A stretch of 63,968 nucleotides of DNA, counting the filler, from Reclinomonas americana ATCC 50394 (taxonomy: Eukaryota), in assembly GCA_048213135.1 (NCBI GenBank). It is 9 parts of 6 records of this genome, joined end to end, with 100 filler letters (N's around TTAATTAATTAA, not from the genome) between each part and the next. Parts side by side here need not be neighbours in the genome. Positions count along the whole stretch, not along the records: positions 8,477 to 33,548 come from PS015196.1; positions 33,649 to 40,991 come from PS015196.1; 7 more parts are not named here. One strand, written 5' to 3'. The notes under the pieces are model-generated. The model was not told where the DNA came from. It saw nothing but the letters and a program-made list of their open reading frames with translations, and did no database searches. Shown in pieces: positions 27,181-38,541 of this stretch. Every line of letters starts with the position of its first letter. Positions within the stretch are counted from its first letter, which is position 1. A program made the position numbers and the translations under genes.

Positions 27181-27232
27181 AACAAGCAACAGCTGTCTTG
27201 ATGACCAAGTTCAACCGTATCCAAAACATCAA
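27181..27232 (+). repeat. Dispersed 52-bp intergenic element, second copy at 45710-45761
   Basis: aacaagcaacagctgtcttgatgaccaagttcaaccgtatccaaaacatcaa vs aacaagcaacatctgtcttgatgaccaagttcaacggtatctaaaacctcaa; 4 mismatches by eye. Confidence 0.85.
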
Positions 27233-27374
27233 TCGATCTCACAAAACAACTTGCATGTTCAGGGAAATCTCGTGCCCCCTCTCATGCGTTCTGCTGCTAC
27301 AAGCACCGGTACAGGCATGCCATCGTCCATCCTCGGCAGTATCTTGATCGCCACGTCACCTTTTATTGATTGCT

Positions 27375-30300
27375 TTACACGTCCTCGTCATCGTCCTCGT
27401 CCTCCTCCTCTTCCTCTTCCTCTTCTTCCTCCTCCTCCTCCTCCTCGTCCTCATCCTCCTTCTCCTCCTCTTTCTTCATCACCTCCATCTTCACTGGTTT
27501 CTCGTCACCCAGCACTGCATCTTTCAAGTCAGTGATGAGGGTGGCACGACATGCAACAACAGCAGGTGCATTAAGATTGTTGCCGTTGGAGCACTCACCA
27601 ATACGCCCAATCTCCGCCTTCGAAAGACAACCGTCTCGAAGCAGAGTGGCCAGCATGCCTGGGTAGTTGTGGAGCAGATACATGGCCTGTGTGACGAACG
27701 GCAGAAGAACATTTGGATGGTTGTTCTTCGGCAACTTCGCCGATTCCTGCCACCCGAGAAGACGCATAGTGAACAAGCTATCATCGATTCACAGAACCAC
27801 ACAACCAGAAGACATGCCTCACAGTAGCCGCAATCGTCAATCACAATCAGTGGTCTCTCGATAGCATCCACCAGCGCAGCTCCTCGAAGACCACTCTTCT
27901 GATGATCCCGCATATATTGAACTCAAGTCAGTCACCAGAACGTCACGATCGGAGGCGACACCGAAACAGCACAACGACACTCACCTCAATGTAGTTGCTA
28001 ACGCTCGCCAGCACGCCCTCAACTGACTTGGTCGTCCTGCTGCGTGCCATGCCGGCACTACAGGCAAGACTCTTGCCAAATGCGGACATGACAGCGGACG
28101 ACGGACAGCCCGGTCCCTCCGACGGCAGTCCGCAGTCGTCACAGGCAAGCAGGAAGAGAAGGCGCTGATGATGGAGGACTGTGGATCCCATCACAGAGAG
28201 CGCCATGAGGCCGAATGCCTTCACCAGTATCTTCTTCCTGTTGCATGCCTGTTCGCATGTTTGTTGGGTGAGTGGAAGAGAGTGAGGAGTTCACGATAGC
28301 ATCAACGGTGACATGCAAGGAGATAACAACAACACGCAACATGCAGTTTCGTCAGCATCAGTTGCTCGTTGATGCTCAGCCTCGCAGGATCAACCTTACG
28401 GCGCTGCAAAACACAAGCCATGCAGTGTTGAGACATACCTTATGCATTTCACTTAAGAGAGCGTCGGGCGTACCTTCTTTCCCTTCCCATCATCGTCCTC
28501 ATTCTCACTTGCGTCAGCATGCTCCCCATCCTCCCCCTTCACCTCTTTCTTCAGAATCTCCATCTCCCCGAGAGCTGCTCGCATGCCTTCGTCAGCACGC
28601 GCACAAAGTACAGCAACAAATCATCACGCAGCCAAACCTCGGTCGCTGCACCACTCACCGGCACGCTCAATCTCCCCCTTCGAAAGGCAACCGTCTCGAA
28701 GCAGAGTGGCCAGCAGGCCAGGACAATTGCTGAGAGCTTGCATGGCCTGTGTAACGAACGGCAGAAGGCCATTTCGAGAACCTCGCTTCGACAACTTTGC
28801 TGATTTCTGTCACCCGAGAAACGCGAACGTGAGACAACATCTGCGGCGCACAACCAGCGTCCACATGCCTCAGATTGACCACAATTGTCAATTGCAACCA
28901 GCGGTCTCTCGACAGCTTTCACCAATGCAGCTCCTCGAAGATCGCTCTTCTGATGATTGTCCACACGGGTCAGCCAGCAGGTAAGCCACCATCGATGTGA
29001 AACTGGAGCAACAAACGAACACTCACCTCGATGTAGTTGCTCAGGCCCTCGAGCACGCCCTCAACTGACTTTGACGTAGTGCTGCGTGCCGTGTCGGCAC
29101 TTTTGGAAAGACTCTTGCCGAATGCAGCCATGACAGCAGATGAGAGGCAGCCCGGTCCCTCTGACGGTAATCCGCATTCGTCACAGGCAAGCTGGAAGAG
29201 AAGGCGCTGATAATGGAGGACTGTGGATCTCAGCACCACGGGTGCCATGAGGCCGAATGCCTTCACCAGTATCCTCTTCCTGTTGCATCCCTGTTCGTAA
29301 GTGTAATGAGTGACTGGGAGCGAGGGATTCACGATAGCATGGTCGGTGAGGTGCAGAGATAACAACAATACGCAACAAACAGTTTCGTCAATATCAGTTG
29401 GTCGTTGACGCTCAGCTTCGCAGGACCACTGTTGCGGCGCTGCAAACGCACACAATGAATTGTTTAGATACGCACCTGTTGCATGCCACACATCGCAGCG
29501 ACGAATGTACCTTGTCCTTCCCATTTCCCTTCGCGTCGTCATCTTCACTCTCGCTGTCGTCATCATCCCGCTGCTCTTCTTCCCTCTTCTCCTCTTTCTT
29601 CCCCATCTCCATCTCTCTCAGAGCTGGGCCAGATTGTCAATACGTGCAAAAACAGTGCAGCAATGACGAATGTCACGCAGCCAAACCTCGTTCACTGCAC
29701 CACTCGGTAACACGTGCAATCTCCGCCTCAGACAAACAGCCGTCTCGAAGCAGAGTGGCCAGCAGACCTGGGCAGTTGCGCACGGCATCGACGGCCTGTG
29801 TGAACAACGGCAAAAGAGCATTCTGCTTGCTGCGCTTCTTCCACGGCAAGAGTGACAACTCCTGACATCCGAATTCCGGAAACAGAATGTGAGAATCGCT
29901 ATCTTCACGCAGAACACAGGGCAACCGTACCTCCGAATAGCCACGTTCGTCCACCACAACCAGTGGCCTCTCAATGTCATCCGCCAGAGCAGCGCCACGG
30001 AGTTCACTCTTCTGCACAATGACGCATTTCTTAGCGCCGATCGTTGATGTGACGGGTGAGACGGGCAACACTCACCTCGACAAAGTTGCTCAACATCTGG
30101 AGCACTCCTCCAACAGACTTGGGCGTCTTGTTGCGTATGTAATTAGCGTACTGGCCAAGGCTCTCGCTGAATGAGCTCACCACTGCCGGCGAAAGACACC
30201 TTGCTTTCGATGCAGAGACACCACCGCATTCCTTTAAAGCGAGTTCAACAAGAACGCGCTGATGATGGCGGACAGTGGGACCCATAACCATCGGCGCCAT

Positions 30301-33300
30301 GATTCCAAATGCCTTCACCAATATCTTGGTCCTGTTGCAGCACTGCTTCCGCATGAAACACATGGGTGGCAGGATGAGAGCTCAATCAGCCAGACGACTA
30401 CCGAGGAAGGACATGACTGCAAGCACACTCAACATGTAGCCTTGCCAGCATCAGTTGTTCGTCCCTGCTCATTGTTGCAGGACCGCTCCCTCGTCGTTGC
30501 TGTGAATGCGCATCATGAGACGCTGTCACAGTGTGCACNNNNNNNNNNNNNNNNNNNNNNNNNNNNNNNNNNNNNNNNNNNNNNNNNNNNNNNNNNNNNN
30601 NNNNNNNNNNNNNNNNNNNNNNNNNNNNCAGTGTGCACCCACTTCACCATTGAAGGCCATACCTTGCTCCTGTCACCTTCACCTTCGCCCATCTCGTCGT
30701 CGTCATCTTCCTCCCTGTCGACCCTCGAATCATCCTCCTGTTCCTCCTCCTCCGACTCTTTCATCTCTTCTTTCTTCAGCACCTTTGCCTCCAACAGAGC
30801 TGCATCTCGCTTGTCAGCCACGGCACAATGCATACAGAAGAACGCACTCGATACATCAAACCTCTTTCGCTGCACCACTCGACTGCCCGTGCGATCTCCG
30901 CCTCGGAGAGACAGCCGTCTCGAATTAGCGACATCTGCAACCCAGGACACTCCCGTAGGGCGTGCGCGGCTTGGGCGATGAGCGGCAGGAGACGGTCGTC
31001 ACCCTTCCGTTTTGTCTCCATCATCTCCCATGACTCCTGCTCCATAATAGACATTGTGAAAGACGCACGTGAGTCGCCACAAAACCAAAGAATGCAAAGA
31101 TAGGCAAATGGAAAGTTTGCACACCTCCGAATAGCCCCGTTCATCCACCACAATCAATGGTCTCTCAATGACATCCACCAGAGAAGCACCGTGCAGTTCA
31201 CTCTTCTGCAGAGTTGTACACGCAGTGATGTTGGCTCACTTTCTAGTCGCGCGAGAGATGGACAGAACAGACAGATTCTCACCTCGATGAATTTGCTCAT
31301 GCTCTGGAGCACTCCTTCAACTGACTTGGGCGTGTTGGTGCGTGCCCTTTCGACGACCTTGCCAAGACTCTTGCCGAATGCTTCCATTACTGCGGACGAC
31401 GGAATGCCAGTTCCTGACGAAGGGATGCCACACTCCGTGCATGCGAAATCAAACAGAACTCGCTGATGATGAAAGACTGTGCTTCCTTTCACCATCGGCG
31501 CCATGATGCCGAATGCCGTCACCAGTATCTTCTTCTTGTTGCACCGCTGTTCGCGCACACACATTGGTGTTATGAGACAGGAACAAGGCAAAGACAATCC
31601 ATCTGCCTTGCCGAGGTGATGCTGACATGCAAACGCAACAAGCAGTCTGTCCAGCAGCATTCGCTCGGCCTTGCTCAGATCTCCATCACATGGAAAGCGA
31701 CCACACCTGACGCGCTGAAAGAGCACAATCCATCAACCAACACAACTGTATCACCAACCAAACAAAAATTGGCATGTGTCGAACCTTTCTCGGCATCGAT
31801 TCTTCTTCATCCCCGCTGGCTGCATCCACCTGTGAACACACAAGGCATTGATGTTTGACCAAGTCCGTGAAGACACGTGCATATGCACACAGCCTCTGTT
31901 GATCATGCACTATTCTGGCATACCTTTATGTCATCCTTCTCCACTTTGATTACATCATCCTCTTCTCTGTCGTCCTCCTCCTTCTTCACCGCCATCTTCA
32001 CATCGCCAGATTCTGCACGGTGCTGGTCAACACCAGTGCAAGCAACACCAACAGACAAAAGAGATTGCAGACCTTTCGATCGACACCACATGACGGCGCG
32101 TAATATTTCGGTCTCAGTGAGGTGGCTGTCACGAAGCAGAGCAGTCACGAGACCATTGCACTCGCGCAACGCATTCATGGCCTGTGTGACAAACGGCTGA
32201 AGATGATCTTTCCTGTTCTTGCTTTTTGTTGGCAATCGCTCCCACAATTCCTATCACACACAAGCCGAGTGAACGAAAGTCAGTCGACATAATCACAACA
32301 GACACTGAAGATCATGCAACACGAACTCACCTCCGTATGCCCGCGCTCATTCACCACAATGAGTGGCCTCTCAATAGCATCCACCAGAGCCGCGCCACTG
32401 AGCTGGCTCATCTGCAGATTGCAACCATTTGCATGTCGGTTCACATGCCACGGTCATTCACAGACACATGCTAGCTCACCTCGATGTAGTTGCCCACTCG
32501 CCGGAGCACACCCTCCACTGACCTGGGCGTTCTATCGCGTGAATGGTTGGCAGTCTCACCGAGCCTCTTGCCAAACGCACACTTGACTGTGGAAGAAGTG
32601 CGACTGGGCTCCGACAATGGAATCCCGCAGTCGTCACAGGCCAGCTCAACGAGAACACTCTGATGGTGGACGATTGTGGATCCGTGAACAGTAGGTGCCA
32701 TCAGGCCAAATGCCTTCACCAGAATCCTCTTCCGATTGCATCGCTGCGAGAGACACAGTAAGAATGGTGAGTGCAGCGATGGGAAAGGAGGAGCAAGATG
32801 GGTTGCAATGATGACAGAGTGACAAGCACACGCAACAAGCAACTTGTTCAGCAGCAGCTTCTCGTCTGAGCTCAACTCCTCTTGCTTCTTCGCAGCTTGC
32901 GTCTTGCCTCGCTGAGAATCCACAACACGCAGCATTGACACATGGAACCAAAATGCAGAGATTGATGAATTACCACAACAACGTCAGCAGCGGAGAATCC
33001 AAACCTTCTTCTTTTTCTTTGGCGGTGCAAGCTCTTCATCGCTGGATGCATCCACCTGCTGAGAATGAAGAATAACATCAGGTGTCTCGACTGGCATGCA
33101 CGGGCGAGAGGCAAAGTGAGACGCATGCCTCATCGGAGCTCACCTCCAGAGAACGCTTGCGGGATGATGTCTCAACTGAATCACGTGCAGGCAAGTCCTC
33201 ACTGCGATCCACCGGAGACGAGTCGACTCGCTGTCTCCTCGCGCGTTGCTGTGCAATCATGCCATGAGCGAGAGAGGGAGAGAATTCAGTGAGGCACATG

Positions 33301-33548
33301 CTCATCCTGGGATGACACACATCGACTGTACCTCGACGATGCCATCCATCGCTGTGTGTTCCATGTGCTCCTGGTCAGCAGCTGTGGGTATGCACCGCCC
33401 AGGTGAGACATCACGTGACACGAGAGCACCAAAGACAGCAAGAAAAGAGAGAGAGAGAGAGAGACGCACCCTGCTCAGTGCGATTCTCCGCGTCACTTCT
33501 CGCAGAGGCAATGGCGGCTGTGCTCTCGTCGGTGTGCTTCTTCTTCTT
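27375..33548 (-). CDS. Large protein built of five tandem copies of an unrecognised multi-exon module separated by acidic linkers
   Basis: Five homologous 1.0-1.2 kb units (~33057-31925, 31829-30660, 30499-29511, 29439-28474, 28403-27375). Each encodes CNRKxILVKAFGxMA...HHQR...AC..CG...AFGKSL...KSVEGVL...YIE / LRGAALV..IERPL.V..E.GY.E / LLPFVTQA...CPGL...LLRD..L...EI...WC and shares intron positions. The junctions I traced (units 3-4, 4-5) splice in frame. 5' end is cut by a linker; last exon uncertain. Confidence 0.75.
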
Positions 33549-33723
33549 NNNNNNNNNNNNNNNNNNNNNNNNNNNNNNNNNNNNNNNNNNNNTTAATTAA
33601 TTAANNNNNNNNNNNNNNNNNNNNNNNNNNNNNNNNNNNNNNNNNNNNCGGGGAAGGGAAAGGGGGGGCGGGAAGGGAAGAGAAAGGGGGAAGGGAGGGG
33701 AAAGTTGGGATGAGAAATAAGGA

Positions 33724-34475
33724 GTACAGCGACAAGAGTGGAGCACAGGCGACAAGAGTGGAGCACAAGCGACAAGAGTGGAGCACAAGCGACAAGAGTG
33801 GAGCACAAGCGACAAGAGTGGAGCACCAGCGACAAGAGTGGAGCACAAGCGACAAGAGTGGAGCACAGCGACAGGGAGGAGCACAGCGACAGGGAGGAGC
33901 ACAGCGACAGGGAGGAGCACAGCGACAGGGAGGAGCACAGCGACAGGGAGGAGCACAGCGACAGGGAGGAGCACAGCGACAGGGAGGAGCACCAGCGACA
34001 AGAGTGGAGCAAAGCGACAGCGAGGAGCACAGCGACAGGGAGGAGCACAGCGACAGCGAGGGAGCACAGCGACAGAGAGGAGCACAGCGACAGAGAGGAG
34101 CACAGCGACAGAGAGGAGCACAGCGACACAGAGGTGCACAGCGACACAGAGGTGCACAGCGACACAGAGGTGCACAGCGACAGCAGGAGCACAGCGACAG
34201 CAGGAGCACAGCGACAGCAGGAGCACAGCGACAGAAGGAGTACAGCGAAAGGAGTGAAGCACGGCGACATAGGGGAGCACAGCGACAGAAGGAGCACAGC
34301 GACAGAAGGAGCACAGCGACAGAAGGAGCACAGCGACAGAAGGAGCACAGCGACAGAAGGAGCACAGCGACAGAAGGAGCACAGCGACAGAAGGAGCACA
34401 GCGACAGAAGGAGCACAGCGACAGAAGGAGCACAGCGACAGAAGGAGCACAGCGACAGAAGGAGCACAGCGACAG
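33724..34475. repeat. Minisatellite, 17-20 bp units (agcacagcgacagaagg / agcacagcgacagggagg / agcacaagcgacaagagtgg), inside an intron of the SDR gene
   Basis: Directly visible tandem array of roughly 40 units arranged in blocks of sequence variants. Confidence 0.95.
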
Positions 34476-34527
34476 GAAGAGAGAAGAGAACTGAAACGAG
34501 AGGTCCGCTATCGTAGACAAACGCAAC

Positions 34528-35517
34528 TTGACAACACGCCTCCAGTCGGCATATTTGAGATCGGCGATGGCATCAATGTGCTGCACACCAGCATTGATCA
34601 CTGCACATGACAACAGCAAATGAATGAAACAGAAACGCATTTACGTGGTCGCTGCTGCTCACAAAGCATCTCGTCACTGCTTCATACCAACTGATGCACT
34701 GCTACCTTGTAACCGGCGTCCTCTACTTCTGATCATTCTCCTTCTTCTTTCTGCTCATCATCAGTCTCTTCAACAACTCTCTACGTACTATGGCTTCCAA
34801 TCTCACTTGCCGCTAATCCCGCACCTCAAACTCTCTTCCATGCTCAGCACGCCAACAGCTCATGCCACGACGCTTACTATGTCTGCTCAGCTACTTTTTC
34901 CGAGCGCAGGTTGCGTTCTCTCACCAATCGTATCCAGTCGCCCATACGTCTTCACCGTCGCATCCACCATCTCATTCACCGCCTTCTCATCCGTCACATC
35001 CACCGCCACCGCCATGCCCTTCCCGCCAATGGCCGCCACCGTCGCTCGCGCCGTTTCCGCATTCAGATCGGCGCACACTACACGCGCGCCGTCGCGAGCA
35101 TACCGCAACGCAATGCCGCGTCCGAGCCCAGAACCGGCGCCGGTAACCACGCACACCGTGTCCTTCAGTGCTGCATTTTATCAACGGGGAAGAGTGAATC
35201 CATATATGAGATGCGAACATGACTGCTGCAGTCGGAGGAAATGCAAGGCATGATGCAAGGAAGGAAGAGTGGGGGGTGGGGGAAGGGTGAGGGTGAAGGG
35301 GGAAGGAAGCGGGAAAGGAGGGAGGAGAGAGGGAGAACAGAGTGTGATTATGAGAGAAAGGCAAATGAGGGGAAGAAAGTGAGTGCAGAAACAGTCAGAG
35401 AGAAGACGGATGCAGAGTGTGTGTGAGAGAGAGTGAGAGAGTGAGAGAGTGTGAGAGAGAGAGTGAAAGTGAGAGAGAGAGCGAGAGTGATGCAAGTNNN
35501 NNNNNNNNNNNNNNNNN

Positions 35518-35579
<62 letters not shown>

Positions 35580-35720
35580 ATAGAAAAGAAGAAGAAGAAG
35601 AAGAAGAAGAAGAAGAGAGAGAGAAGAAGAAGAGAGAGAGCGAGTGCGTGTGTTCGCAGCAGTGACGACACGGATCGCATGCTGTCGAAACTGTGCAGCT
35701 GCGCTGCGCGCCACGACCAT
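34528..35720 (-). CDS. Short-chain dehydrogenase/reductase, 3-hydroxybutyrate dehydrogenase-like; 3' part missing
   Basis: ALKDTVCVVTGAGSGLGRGIA (TGxxxGxG), VVCADLN, VDVTDE, YGRLD, then exon VINAGVQHIDAIADLKYADWRRV (NAGxQH is typical of BDH). A possible first exon MVVARSAAAQFRQHAIR at 35720 resembles a mitochondrial presequence (inference). Confidence 0.85.
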
Positions 35721-36687
35721 TACATCTGGTCGGCGCATTGCGGTGCCGTTGCCAGAATCAACAGGCGGCAGTGACAACTCCCGTGAGCAACACCATCATC
35801 AGCGACAACCAGTCAACTGCATCTCTTCTCCTCCCCGAATTTCCTTGCTTGTTGCCTGGCTTTGTTGGTTTTCCCTATGTGTTCTGACACCAACACCTCT
35901 TGCTATCTTTATGCATTCCTGTTTGGAATTCGGCGTCAAATCCATGCCTGTCATGAGCCGCTGCGTGCTCTTACAGAAACGCCAGCATTAGCCATCTCGA
36001 TTTTTTCTCGCTTTTTTCCGTGATGCCTGAGTTTCTGGTGCTCACTCAAGATGGTGATCATCATGCTGCTCGTTTGGTGTGGTTTGGATCAGCGGTCTTG
36101 CGGTTGTTGCGCAGTTTCTCACGCGGAAACGCATCGTCGCCTGCATGTTGTTCGATTTTCTCTCGCTTTTCATTCGATCCAAGGTGCTTCGGTTCTGGGG
36201 CTTCAAACGGGGAATCATCATGCATCTGTGTTGCTAATTGGACTGCACAGTGTTGCTTTTGCACTTGCAAAAACGCATCGTCGCCTGCATGATTTTTTTG
36301 ATTTCCTCTCGCTTCTCTTTGGATTTGTGATACTTCGGTTCTGCTGTACTCAAGCGGGGAATCATTATGCAGCTATCACTCGCGCATGCAGTAAAGCTGC
36401 TGTTCTTGTGACAAGTACAGTACGGACTCCACCGTCCACTCCAACCAACCACCACGCTCAATCCTACGCTACGCACATGAGGCGAGTTCACTCTCTCTCC
36501 CTGCACACATACACTCTCTCACTCTCTTCACCGCCTGCACACAACCCACCCACAAACTGCAACAATGCACACACACACACGGGCAGAGGCCAAGTTGTCA
36601 TGTCCATGCGTCACTCACCCCTTTGCACACACGCACAGTCGCGCCTCTCCCTCCTACCTCGACGACGACGACGCACCTGTCATCACC

Positions 36688-37327
36688 ATGGGTGAAGGCT
36701 CACTGAGCGGCACCAAGCGCGGCCGCTCTCCCGCCAACGGTGGCGATGGTGGCGAACGGGCATCTCGCTCGCGCTCCCGCGACTTGTCATCGTCGCGCTC
36801 GCGGTCGCCGCCCGTCTCCAGTCGACATCGACGCGTGTCCTCGCCACCGTCGTCGGCGGCGGCGGCTGCCGGAGCGGCAGCGCCAGCGTCGCCGACGTTG
36901 GGTGGGACGTCGACGTCGCAGGAACGTCGGCATCGTGAGCATCATCATCATTCATCGTCGTCGTCGTCGCATCATCATCGGGACGCGCAGCAGTATGCCG
37001 CGGGACGAAGTCCTCCGCATAAGCGGCGGCATTATGGGAGGCCGGATGAGAGGCCGCCGTTGAGACCGCATGACGAGTATTATGAGGTGTGGAGAAGGGG
37101 AAGGGCGAGGGCGAGGGAGAGGGAAAGGGAAAGGAGGGGAGGGGAGAGCTTAGAGCACAACTGCAACACAAGGAAGAGCCACATAGAGAGAAGAAAATGC
37201 ACATGTAGCAGACGGAGGACAGGTCTGTTGTTGACTGCGGAATGGATAGAAGAGAAACGATGCAGTCTTCGTGTTTGTCAGGTGAGAAGCCGATGGAGTA
37301 CAGCACAGGCCTGCCAAGCCGCGCGGC

Positions 37328-37363
<36 letters not shown>

Positions 37364-38474
37364 GAAGGAAGAGATATATAGAGAAGAAGAGAGAGATGGG
37401 GGAACGATGCAGTCTTCTTTGCGTCCGCTGAGGGGCTGATAGAGTACAGCAGAGGGTTGCATGTTGTGCGCTTGTGTGCGTGGGAGTCAGAGAATGCAGA
37501 ACATACGTCTCCTTCTGCGGTGAATTGGAAGCTGATGATGCGATCGGTTTGAGAGTGGGCAGAGAGAAACGATGCATACTCTTTCTCGTCGAGCCGAAGA
37601 TCAAGTGCTGGCGAACAGTTCAATTTTTCTCGCCAAGCAGAGAGAGAGAGAGAGAGAGAGATAGATAGAGAGGTTGCAGGTTGAGTGTGTGTGAGTCAGA
37701 GGATGCAGAACACACGTCTCCTTCGGCGGTGAGTTGGAAGCTGATGAAGCGATCAGTTCGAGAGTGAACAGAGAAAATGTCTCGTCAGTGAGAGAACGGA
37801 GCTGAAGCTCGACAAGCACAGAGAGAGAGCGAGAGAGAGAAAGAGAGTGAGAGAGAAACGCTTTCATCACCGCAGAGAAACAATACTTGCATTCTGTCGG
37901 TAACAGTGCGTTGAGGAAGATTACCCTAATTTCCGCTTCTCCATTCATTCAGTCTCTCTCTCCCTCTCTCTCNNNNNNNNNNNNNNNNNNNNNNNNNNNN
38001 NNNNNNNNNNNNNNNNNNNNNNNNNNNNNNNNNNNNNNNNNNNNNNNNNNNNNNNNNNNNNNNNNNNNNNNNNNNNNNNNNNNNNNNNNNNNNNNNNNNN
38101 NNNNNNNNNNNNNNNNNNNNNNNNNNNNNNNNNNNNNNNNNNNNNNNNNNNNNNNNNNNNNNNNNNNNNNNNNNNNNNNNNNNNNNNNNNNNNNNNNNNN
38201 NNNNNNNNNNNNNNNNNNNNNNNNNNNNNNNNNNNNNNNNNNNNNNNNNNNNNNNNNNNNNNNNNNNNNNNNNNNNNNNNNNNNNNNNNNNNNNNNNNNN
38301 NNNNNNNNNNNNNNNNNNNNNNNNNNNNNNNNNNNNNNNNNNNNNNNNNNNNNNNNNNNNNNNNNNNNNNNNNNNNNNNNNNNNNNNNNNNNNNNNNNNN
38401 NNNNNNNNNNNNNNNNNNNNNNNNNNNNNNNNNNNNNNNNNNNNNNNNNNNNNNNNNNNNNNNNNNNCCTCCTC

Positions 38475-38541
<67 letters not shown>

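Noticed and set aside
28612-29690. In-frame TGA after ...RGLAA in modules 3 and 4, suggesting pseudogenes or stop-codon recoding
   Set aside because: The stops fall in a conserved phase-1 intron (g|gtttgg...cag|ct). ARF and RPS7 end in ordinary TAA, and I saw no evidence of an alternative genetic code.
33593-34640. Six-frame repetitive ORFs, and a CRISPR-like look of the repeat array
   Set aside because: Head-to-tail minisatellite without unique spacers, in a eukaryotic intron; no cas genes.
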